Assembly: GCA_030672285.1 (NCBI GenBank) | Contig: DAOVGS010000028.1 | Span: 1 to 38,672, forward strand | From: Hadesarchaea archaeon | Lineage (GTDB): Archaea > Hadarchaeota > Hadarchaeia > Hadarchaeales > Hadarchaeaceae | DNA length: 38,672 bases | Direction: 5' to 3' | Shown here: in pieces, positions 25,909-33,821 of the stretch | Layout: each line of letters opens with the position of its first letter | Numbering within the stretch: the stretch's first letter is position 1 | Position numbers and translations under genes: made by a program | Notes under the pieces: model-generated | The model's database searches: none | Told to the model about the DNA's origin: nothing | Seen by the model: the letters and a program-made list of their open reading frames with translations, nothing else

Positions 25909-28896
25909 TCATGCTCCCGGGAATGACTTACGTTGAATTCCTCGAGCGCGCTTTGGTCGATGACTAATCCAAATTATAACACCGGCAACAACACACACCG
26001 CGACGATCGCCGCAACTATAAGAAGAATGTTTAACTCCTCTTCTGCGGGCTTGGTCAGGGTGAAATCGTCAGCGGTAGAGAAGCTGCTTTCATTACTAGC
26101 CTCGTCAATTGCGCTAACCTTCCAATAGATCTTTCCCTCGGGAAGGTCACTTGCGGGCGTGTATGTGTTTTCAGTTATGGTGTCGTCTACAATCGGGCTA
26201 CTGAAGTCAGGGTTGTCGTCTATCAAGATGTGATATCCCGTAGCATCCGGCACATCCGACCAATCAAGGGTTGGAGTCGGGTCTTCGGTCGGGTCCGGCG
26301 TGTATTCAGTTAGTGATGGGACGGCTGGAGCAACAGTATCCACAGTGAGCGACCAAAATGCGGACCAAATAGCTGGCACTTCTGAGTTCTCTCCTCGAAC
26401 TCGCCAGTAGTAGATACCGTCTGGGAGTTGGTTTTCATCTGGGAGCACCAACGTGGTATTGGTTAGTCCCATATTCTCATAAATCAGCGGAAGTGTGAAG
26501 GCGTTTTCGTTATCGAGTTGAAGGGTGTACCCCTCTGCACCCAGAACACTCTCCCAGCTGAAAGTGGGTGAATTATCGTTCGTAGCTGTGCCATCCGAGG
26601 GCGATATTAGAGCAGGGGCTGAGAGCGCGCTCGAATTTATCTCTAAATGCCATATGGGGGACCAATCGCTCTTTATTCCTCCACCCTCTGCTAGGGCACG
26701 CCAGTAATAGTCGTCGTCCGGTAACCCATCTCCTGCCACGTAGATAGACGCTAATAGCCCCGGGTAATCGATTATAGGTGATGAGAAGTCAGTGTTATTA
26801 TCGATCTGCAACCAGTAGTTCTCAGCGTTTGTGACGTCGGACCAATCAAAGGTTGGCGTGTTGTCGTTTGTGATCGTGTCGTTAGGGGGCGATATCAAGG
26901 ATGGTGCTGAGAGCGTGACTGGGCTCACCTCTACACTGTGAGAGATTGTGTCTGTAGCGCCACCGTTATCCGTAACCGTTAGAGTTACGGTATAGGTTTC
27001 GGAGTGAGTGTAGGAGTGAGTCGGGTTCTGTAAGGCGCTTGTCGTTTCATCCCCAAAGTTCCAAGACCAATTCTCAATGGTCCCATCCGGGTCCGTTGAC
27101 TCATCCGTAAACTGGATTGTTTGCCCAACATTCGGAGAACTCGGAGAGTACGAAAAATTAGCAGTCGGGGGCTGATTAACTCCCGGAGCAGTATAGACCT
27201 CGAAGTGCCATGTGGAGGACCAATCGCTCTGGTGTCCGAGTTCATCCTCGGCACGGACTTTCCAGTAGTAATTGTCATCAGATAAATTGCTTCCCGGCGT
27301 GTATGTGGATGCGGTCAATTCAGAGTTATCTATTACGGGAGATAAGCAGTCGGGGTCATCATCAACTACTAACTGATACGTGAAGTTTGACAAGTCGGTT
27401 GAGTCCGTCCAATCGAATGTTGGGGTATGATCGGTTGTGGCGCTATCATTGGGAGGGGAAATTAGATCAGGTATAGAGGGTGACTGGGTGTCAAGTGTGA
27501 AGTTGTCGGTGGCCGAGAAGTCAGTTTCGTTTTCAAATACATCTCTCGCACTTACTCGCCAGAAGTATGTTCCGTCATCATAACCAGTAGGGCCATAATT
27601 ATAATATGACCCCGACGGATACGCTTCGAATGGGCTGCTAAACTCTGGGTTGTCATCCAGCTGAATGTGGTATCTATCGGCCCCCGTAACGTCAGACCAG
27701 TCAAAATTGAAGGTATCACTGTCGGTTGGATCGGTCATGGGGACTAGAGTTGGAATATCTAAAGGTGTCATCCAAAGCTGGGCAGTGTCCAGTTGAGTAT
27801 TGTAGGTCCCCACGTACAATTTAGTAGTAGGAATAGGACCAAAAGTGGCCATTGATGATATTTCTTTATTATTTACATCTCCAAAACCATTGGAGTTAAC
27901 CTGTTCCCATGTTGACCCATCGTACTTCCACAGTTCGGCCCCATCAGATAAATTTTTGGTCCCGACGTATAGTTCGTCGTTTAAAATCGCAAATGATTCT
28001 GTAAGGGTATTGTTTCCATCCCCAAAACCATTATCGTTTATCTGGGTCCAACTACCTCCGGATCTCCACCTCACTTGACAGCCACTGTGAGGGTTACATA
28101 CGCCAGCATATAGTCTCTCAGAAGCGAATGGACCCAAAAATGTCCCTAGCCATCCAATTGTGTAATTATTTTCGTCGCCAAATCCATAGGGATAAACGTC
28201 CACGGACCATCCTGGTGCATCTCCTCCAGGAGTTCGCCAGATCCTTGCCCCAGTATTAGAGTTAGCGACCCCTGCGTAGAGATAGCCATTAAAGGCCACC
28301 ATTGAGTCCACTCTAGTATTATTCTCATTAGCGAATCCGTAATAGAGCACTTGATTCCAAGTTGTGCCATCGGAAGTTCGCCAGATTTCCGCGCCAGTGC
28401 CATAATTGCTAGTTCCTGCGTAAAGATATCCATCAAATACCGCCATCGAGGTTATGTAAATATTATTCTCATTGCCAAACCCATTTTCATTTGCCTGACT
28501 CCAATTCGTGCCGTTTGAAGAACGCCAAATTTTCCCACCACTAGTTCCCACATAGAGATAGCCGTCGAATACAGCCATCGAAGCAATTCTTATGTTATTC
28601 TCATTACCAAATCCATCTGAATTAACCTGTTCCCATGTCGTTCCATCGTCACTTCTCCAGAGCTCGCACCCCTCAAATTGGAAAGGGTCTTTATAAGTTC
28701 CTGCATACAGGTAGTCCCCGAACGTTATTAGGGACTCGATTGAAAGATTGTGAGGATCTTCAAATCCATCACTTACTTTTGCCCACGTGGGCTGCGCCCC
28801 AGGGCCGGGGTCCGCGCTAGCTTTCCCCGAAAATGTTGCGAGCCAGAAGAAAACCAAGAGCACGATTGCAAATGCCCAAACCCTTTTGATACTCAC
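25909..28896 (-). CDS. Large cell-surface protein: beta-propeller repeats, ~5 Ig/FN3-like repeats, PKD domain, C-terminal TM anchor
   Basis: Signal peptide; repeats of F.GYLY.GT...IWR.S.GTTW.QVN..GFG.ENN; P.LISP...DNTPTFDWSDV...YYWRV repeats; PKD WSWNFGD...NPTHSY; TM plus basic tail. Confidence 0.88.
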   Translation of the reverse strand: MSIKRVWAFAIVLLVFFWLATFSGKASADPGPGAQPTWAKVSDGFEDPHNLSIESLITFGDYLYAGTYKDPFQFEGCELWRSDDGTTWEQVNSDGFGNENNIRIASMAVFDGYLYVGTSGGKIWRSSNGTNWSQANENGFGNENNIYITSMAVFDGYLYAGTSNYGTGAEIWRTSDGTTWNQVLYYGFANENNTRVDSMVAFNGYLYAGVANSNTGARIWRTPGGDAPGWSVDVYPYGFGDENNYTIGWLGTFLGPFASERLYAGVCNPHSGCQVRWRSGGSWTQINDNGFGDGNNTLTESFAILNDELYVGTKNLSDGAELWKYDGSTWEQVNSNGFGDVNNKEISSMATFGPIPTTKLYVGTYNTQLDTAQLWMTPLDIPTLVPMTDPTDSDTFNFDWSDVTGADRYHIQLDDNPEFSSPFEAYPSGSYYNYGPTGYDDGTYFWRVSARDVFENETDFSATDNFTLDTQSPSIPDLISPPNDSATTDHTPTFDWTDSTDLSNFTYQLVVDDDPDCLSPVIDNSELTASTYTPGSNLSDDNYYWKVRAEDELGHQSDWSSTWHFEVYTAPGVNQPPTANFSYSPSSPNVGQTIQFTDESTDPDGTIENWSWNFGDETTSALQNPTHSYTHSETYTVTLTVTDNGGATDTISHSVEVSPVTLSAPSLISPPNDTITNDNTPTFDWSDVTNAENYWLQIDNNTDFSSPIIDYPGLLASIYVAGDGLPDDDYYWRALAEGGGIKSDWSPIWHLEINSSALSAPALISPSDGTATNDNSPTFSWESVLGAEGYTLQLDNENAFTLPLIYENMGLTNTTLVLPDENQLPDGIYYWRVRGENSEVPAIWSAFWSLTVDTVAPAVPSLTEYTPDPTEDPTPTLDWSDVPDATGYHILIDDNPDFSSPIVDDTITENTYTPASDLPEGKIYWKVSAIDEASNESSFSTADDFTLTKPAEEELNILLIVAAIVAVCVVAGVIIWISHRPKRARGIQRKSFPGA

Positions 28897-28982
28897 ACCC
28901 CTTATGGCTCTTATTCGGCTCCTTTTAAGTGTTTTTTTTGAGCAAGCCAGCTATTTACATCGTCATATCTAAATTGGGATTA

Positions 28983-30041
28983 ATGAACAAGCTTGCATTT
29001 GAGCCGGTGTGGTTTGACTCGCTCGGGGCGAAGTCATCATGCACCTTAGTCAAAACACCTGATGTTTCGGTCCTTATTGATCCAGGGGTCGCGGTGATGC
29101 AACCGAGTTTTCCGGCATCTTGGGCGAAAAAGCTCTACTGGGAGGCTCAAGGGAGGCGCGCAATCGGGAAGGCGAGCCGCAAAGCAGATGCGATTGTGAT
29201 TTCCCACTACCACTACGACCACTTCACAGACTTCGACCGCGGGCTTTACAAGGGAAAGCTCCTGTTAACGAAGAACCCGAACGAGTACATCAACGACTCC
29301 CAGCGGGGACGGGCCGAGCACTTCTTCGATAACCTCTGCCGTGCGTTTGGCGGGGGCGGGCTCGAGGAGGTACTGCGAGAGCGTGAGCCAAAAACCTACG
29401 GCGACCCGCTCAAGGACATCCCCCGCGCTCGCGACAAGGACTTCGGCGACTATAATCGGCGTCGGAGGGAGCTTTTCAGAAAAGGGCGCAAGTGGTTCCA
29501 GAATCGGGTAAAGAATTGGAAATCAGCAAAGTTGATCCCCGAACTGAAGTTCAAAAATATTGAAGTGAAGTTTCCGGAGGGCAAGGAATTCAAATTTGGG
29601 CGCACCAAACTCAGGTTCACTCCCGCGCTTTTCCACGGTATCGAGTTCTCACGCGTGGGTTGGGTGTTCGCGACAATCATAGAGCGGGATGGGGAGAAAC
29701 TGATTTATTCCTCCGACCTCGATGGTCCAATCATCGAGGATTATGCAGACTGGATCATCCGAGAAAATCCTGATGTGCTGATTCTAGACGGCCCCATGAC
29801 TTATATGAGGGGTTATTTGCTCACGAAAACCACCATGAGACGCGTGGTAGCAAACGCCGTGCGGATTCTAGAGAAAAGCGACGTAAAGCTGATGATTTAC
29901 GATCACCACTTGCCACGCGAGCCGAAGTTCAAAGAGTGGACGCGGGAGGTATGGGAAGAGGGTAAGCGCCGACGGAAGAAGGTCTTGACAGTTGCAGAGT
30001 ACTTGGGTAAAAAGCCGGTCGTGCTTGGCCTAGGCAGATAA
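28983..30041 (+). CDS. Metallo-beta-lactamase fold hydrolase (archaeal UPF0282-like)
   Basis: FDSLGAKS, LIDPG, ISHYHYDH, FHG, SSDLDGP, LDGP, YDHH, TVAEYLG. Confidence 0.85.
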   Translation: MNKLAFEPVWFDSLGAKSSCTLVKTPDVSVLIDPGVAVMQPSFPASWAKKLYWEAQGRRAIGKASRKADAIVISHYHYDHFTDFDRGLYKGKLLLTKNPNEYINDSQRGRAEHFFDNLCRAFGGGGLEEVLREREPKTYGDPLKDIPRARDKDFGDYNRRRRELFRKGRKWFQNRVKNWKSAKLIPELKFKNIEVKFPEGKEFKFGRTKLRFTPALFHGIEFSRVGWVFATIIERDGEKLIYSSDLDGPIIEDYADWIIRENPDVLILDGPMTYMRGYLLTKTTMRRVVANAVRILEKSDVKLMIYDHHLPREPKFKEWTREVWEEGKRRRKKVLTVAEYLGKKPVVLGLGR

Positions 30042-30056
30042 ACGAGGTGAGCGCCG

Positions 30057-30149
30057 TTGGAAGGCTTAGAGGGAAAGTATGCCGATATCGACCTTTCTGG
30101 GATTGACAAAAAACCAATTCGGCGGAAAAAGCACTACACTTCAACTTAA
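30057..30149 (+). pseudogene. 30-codon ORF with strong SD; possible truncated aldehyde:ferredoxin oxidoreductase N-terminus
   Basis: GAGGTGA then TTG30057: MEGLEGKYADIDLSGIDKKPIRRKKHYTST*. The first 14 aa resemble the AOR-family start (M.G..GK...VDLS). Confidence 0.4.
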
Positions 30150-30182
30150 GTTTTTGTCGTGCAAATTGTCGTAGGGTCGAAC

Positions 30183-31247
30183 ATGGCAGAAGGCGGAAGG
30201 GAACCCTCAAACGGCCAGCCCACAGTCAGGAGAGCACTGCTTTGGGAGGAGTTGCCCGATAAACGAGTGCAATGCAACCTCTGCGAACGGCGATGCAAGC
30301 TCGCCCCTGGCGCGCTCGGCTTCTGTAAGACGCGTAAGAACATTGGCGGCAAGCTCTACACGCTCGTCTATGGTGACATAAGCTCAATCTCTGCGAATCC
30401 CATCGAGAAGAAACCCCTCTATCATTTTTGGCCCGGCAGCGTTGCGCTTACGATCGGTACGTGGTCGTGCGATCTTACGTGTCCTTGGTGTCAAAATTGG
30501 CACATTTCGAAATCACCACCCAACCCGAAGCTAGCAAACTATCTCAGCCCAGAGGAGTTCGTCGCCCAAGCGCTTCGCGAGCGTTGTCAAGGTACTTCGA
30601 TTTCGTTTAACGAGCCAACCCTGCTCTTCGAGTACTCGCTCGACGTTTTCAGGCTGGCGAGGAAGCAGGAGTTCTACAACACCTACGTCACGAATGGTCA
30701 TATGACGCTCGAGGCGCTTCGAATGCTCCACGGTGCTGGGCTGGATGCGATGTGCATAGATGCCAAGGGCGATGCGGCGGTGGTTCGCAAATATTGTGGC
30801 GGGGACATCGAAGTCGTGTGGCGGAACGTGCGTGAGGCGAAAAAGCTCGGGATGCACGTAGAAGTCGTGAACCTCATCATCCCCGGCATCAACGATCGAG
30901 ATGAGCAATTGCGCGAGCTGGCCAAGCGTCACCTTCGTGAGGCGGGCAAGCAAACGCCGCTCCACTTCACCGCTTATTACCCTGCTTACAAATTCGATGC
31001 TCCGCCCACGCCGGTGGCAACACTTGAGCGGGCACGCGACATGGCCGTGTCAGAGGGCATCGAGTTTGTCTACCTCGGCAACGTCCCCGGACATCGGTAC
31101 GAGAACACTTATTGCCCGGGGTGCGGGGAGCTACTGATTGAACGTCGTGGGCTGGAACTCGTCGAGGCCAGATTGGTAAATGGACGGTGCCCGAGCTGCG
31201 GACGTGAAATTCCCATCATTGAGGGAGTTGATAAAACAAGGCGATGA
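30183..31247 (+). CDS. amrS: AmmeMemoRadiSam system radical SAM enzyme
   Basis: VQCNLCERRC...GFC..R, PIEKKPLYHF.PG, CDLTCPWCQNWHIS, FNEP, VYLGNV, TYCPGCG...CPSCG. Confidence 0.9.
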   Translation: MAEGGREPSNGQPTVRRALLWEELPDKRVQCNLCERRCKLAPGALGFCKTRKNIGGKLYTLVYGDISSISANPIEKKPLYHFWPGSVALTIGTWSCDLTCPWCQNWHISKSPPNPKLANYLSPEEFVAQALRERCQGTSISFNEPTLLFEYSLDVFRLARKQEFYNTYVTNGHMTLEALRMLHGAGLDAMCIDAKGDAAVVRKYCGGDIEVVWRNVREAKKLGMHVEVVNLIIPGINDRDEQLRELAKRHLREAGKQTPLHFTAYYPAYKFDAPPTPVATLERARDMAVSEGIEFVYLGNVPGHRYENTYCPGCGELLIERRGLELVEARLVNGRCPSCGREIPIIEGVDKTRR

Positions 31248-31260
31248 TAACCTGCCTAAA

Positions 31261-33177
31261 CTATTTGCTCCTCCATCCCCTCGCCCATTTCGTGAGCGAT
31301 ACCCTTTTGCTCACACCATAGCCCATCCTACTGATTATCCCCTTGTCCTCGAGCCTTTGCAAGATGCGTGACATGGTCGCCTTGGGGATGCCCGTTTTGT
31401 CACATAATGCCTTCTGGGTCAAGTCGTCTTTTCTAATCAGTTCCTCTACGATTTTTCTCTCGTGAGCTGTCAGCATCCCCAATATTTTTCCAACATCCTC
31501 CCTAGAGAGTGCTGGGGGAAGCTCCACTTTTTTAGGTATTTTTTCTTTGGGCTTCCTCATCGATTTGATTTTTAAAAACGCTCCAACAGCTGCCAAGGAC
31601 GTAGCGACTCCCGCCAGAAAGACGATGTAGGGGGATAAGGGGGCCAGCATCGAAGGGGAGGTGGTGAACTCTTCGTCGCCTGAAACCTCAGTATTTTTCG
31701 TCGCATCGCCTGACTTCACCCTGTAGTGATAAGTCGTGCCCGCCAACAGATTTGTCAAAGTTATGGAGTGGTTCGTGACTAGAGAGTTGTCCGATTGGGG
31801 GGGCAACTCATAAGTGGTAGTCGTCCCGTACTCCACGACGCTGTCGGCAGGCTCATCGGTGGTCCACTCGATTGTGATTGAGTTCTGACTGACGTTCAAC
31901 TCTGTTAACCCTGAGATCGTGGGCGCCGTGACATCGACTCGGAAGGAGCGCTGCGAGTTTCCCCCGATGTTGCCAGCGTTGTCCTTCGCCTGAACTCTCC
32001 AGTACCACACACCCTCAGCGAGCTCGGTCGTGAGCTGGTAGTTATCGCTTAGGGTCCAGCCATCAGAGTTCTCGTTCTCATATGGGAACTCAGAATTATC
32101 GCTCACCGCAACATAATAACGGACAGGGGTGGAGTTCTCAATTGGGTCGAGGTTCTCCCAAGTGAGGTTCGGGGTATTGTCGTTCATATTCTCGTTGTTA
32201 TTCGGCGAGCTGAGGGATGGTGCCGGAGGCGCCACGGTGTCAACGCGGAAGGATCGGACGGAGGAGAATATGCTTTCATCCGCCCCCCGATAGCCGCGAA
32301 CGCGCCAGTAAAATAAGTTGTCAGCGAGCTGAGTCGGAGTGTAAGAATTACTGGTAGTGTTGTCAACGATTGCGGTCGACCAGTCACTCTTGTTGTCGAT
32401 CCATATCTCCCAGTTGTCGGCTACAACTTTGTTCTCCCAACTGAAGGTTGGAGTATTGTCCTTCGTATTCACTCCATCATCCGGGGAAATCAGTTCCGGC
32501 ATGAGCTTGTCGACCTGGAACTTCCACCAGGGGGAGTTATCACCGATGTTGCCCGCGTTGTCCTTCGCCCGGACATGCCAGTACCAGGTGCCGTCGGTTA
32601 GTTCAGTCGTGAGCTGATAGTTATCGTCTTCGATCCAGCCCGAGTTGTCATTCTCGTATGGGAACTCCGAATTGTCGCTCACGGCGACGTAATAGAGCAC
32701 GGGCTTGCTGTTCTCCTCTACGGTGGCCCAGCGTAGGTTAGGAGTGTTATCGTTCACGTTCTCGTTGTTCTCAGGCGAGGTTAGGTCAGACGCAGCCGGT
32801 GCTAGAGTGTCGACCCTGAAAATCCAGTTCTCGGACCAAGAGCCTAGGCCGTCAGTATTCTCCGCCCGAACGTGCCAATAGTATGCTCCATCGGGTAGCG
32901 CGTTCTCGTCCGGAACCGTATATTGGCTTACACTCCCCACGTTATCGTTATCCACGTTGGGTGAGGAATAATCGCTGTCGTTGTCGATTTGTATGTGATA
33001 ATTGTCCGCTCCAGTAACGTCCCCCCAATCCATGAGGGGTGTATTGTCTTTTGTGTTCTCGTTGTTCTCTGGTGAGACGAGTGTCGGCTGGCCCGGCTGT
33101 GCAGACGCAGATAAATTAATGATCACAAGCAGCGCTAGGGCCAAGAGCATGCCGACGACGAAGCGCGATCTTCGTAT
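31261..33177 (-). CDS. Transmembrane regulator: signal peptide, four Ig-like repeats, FN3 domain, TM, C-terminal winged HTH; start uncertain (GTG33186, ATA33177 or ATG33150)
   Basis: P.L.SP.N.EN..DNTP...W repeats; WTTDEPADSVVEYG...YHYRV; TM YIVFLAGVATSLAAVGAFL; LTAHERKIVEELIRKDDLTQKALCDKTGIPKATMSRILQRLEDKGII. Confidence 0.88.
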   Translation of the reverse strand: MRRSRFVVGMLLALALLVIINLSASAQPGQPTLVSPENNENTKDNTPLMDWGDVTGADNYHIQIDNDSDYSSPNVDNDNVGSVSQYTVPDENALPDGAYYWHVRAENTDGLGSWSENWIFRVDTLAPAASDLTSPENNENVNDNTPNLRWATVEENSKPVLYYVAVSDNSEFPYENDNSGWIEDDNYQLTTELTDGTWYWHVRAKDNAGNIGDNSPWWKFQVDKLMPELISPDDGVNTKDNTPTFSWENKVVADNWEIWIDNKSDWSTAIVDNTTSNSYTPTQLADNLFYWRVRGYRGADESIFSSVRSFRVDTVAPPAPSLSSPNNNENMNDNTPNLTWENLDPIENSTPVRYYVAVSDNSEFPYENENSDGWTLSDNYQLTTELAEGVWYWRVQAKDNAGNIGGNSQRSFRVDVTAPTISGLTELNVSQNSITIEWTTDEPADSVVEYGTTTTYELPPQSDNSLVTNHSITLTNLLAGTTYHYRVKSGDATKNTEVSGDEEFTTSPSMLAPLSPYIVFLAGVATSLAAVGAFLKIKSMRKPKEKIPKKVELPPALSREDVGKILGMLTAHERKIVEELIRKDDLTQKALCDKTGIPKATMSRILQRLEDKGIISRMGYGVSKRVSLTKWARGWRSK

Positions 33178-33190
33178 ACCTGTCACCTCC

Positions 33191-33655
33191 TTAGAGCGGA
33201 AAGTGCCCCTTGAGGACATCGGAGAGCCTCACCACCTCGATAGATTCAATCCCTCCGCTTTTTTGCATTTGCTTCGCTATCTCGTTCGTCCGTCTCCGGT
33301 CGTTGGTCGCCGTCATCGCGATCAGCTCTGCGGATTCGACCGAGGTCGCGATGAATTTTACCTCCTCGAGTTTTCCGAAGTCGTCCGCTAGCTCCTCGAG
33401 TCGCTCGCTCGTCAGGTGGGGCATCACCTCGCTCTCTATCTTCAGCTTGATGAGGGCGACATCGGGAAGCCCAAATTCACGGGGATCGACCCGAGCGGTG
33501 AACCCCTTGAGCACCCCGAGCTGTTGGAGGCGCTTGATGCGGAAGTGAATGGTGGTGTCGGGGACCTTGAGCTCGCGCGCCAGCTTGAGGAAAGACACCC
33601 GCCCGTCGTGCAGCAATCGCTCGAGGATCCCGAAATCGATCCTGTCAAGTGGCAT
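33191..33655 (-). CDS. Lrp/AsnC family transcriptional regulator
   Basis: LDRIDFGILERLLHDGRVSFLKLARELKVPDTTIHFRIKRLQQLGVLKGF, plus a divergent RAM domain. Confidence 0.9.
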   Translation of the reverse strand: MPLDRIDFGILERLLHDGRVSFLKLARELKVPDTTIHFRIKRLQQLGVLKGFTARVDPREFGLPDVALIKLKIESEVMPHLTSERLEELADDFGKLEEVKFIATSVESAELIAMTATNDRRRTNEIAKQMQKSGGIESIEVVRLSDVLKGHFPL

Positions 33656-33685
33656 ATAATCGCGTTTCAGGTGGGTTTTGGGCGC

Positions 33686-33792
33686 ATATTAAATTATCTG
33701 CGAGGTTCGCAACGAGCCGAGCCGGGGTTTATAAGGGGTTTGGCTTACTGCGATGTTCGCAAAAATCGTTGTGAATGTCGCAACCTTAATAA
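33686..33792. promoter_or_regulatory. Divergent promoter with three 15-bp palindromic boxes
   Basis: CTGCGAGGTTCGCAA (33698-33712), CTGCGATGTTCGCAA (33748-33762), TTGTGAATGTCGCAA (33769-33783). TATA-like elements at 33686-33693 (-) and 33785-33792 (+). Confidence 0.72.
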
Positions 33793-33821
33793 GCCCTCGT
33801 TTACACTACTTTATCAAGGCG

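Noticed and set aside
31930-32820. Diversity-generating retroelement TR/VR pair among the similar repeats
   Set aside because: Both copies are in-frame domains of one gene, the differences are not adenine-specific, and no reverse transcriptase is present.
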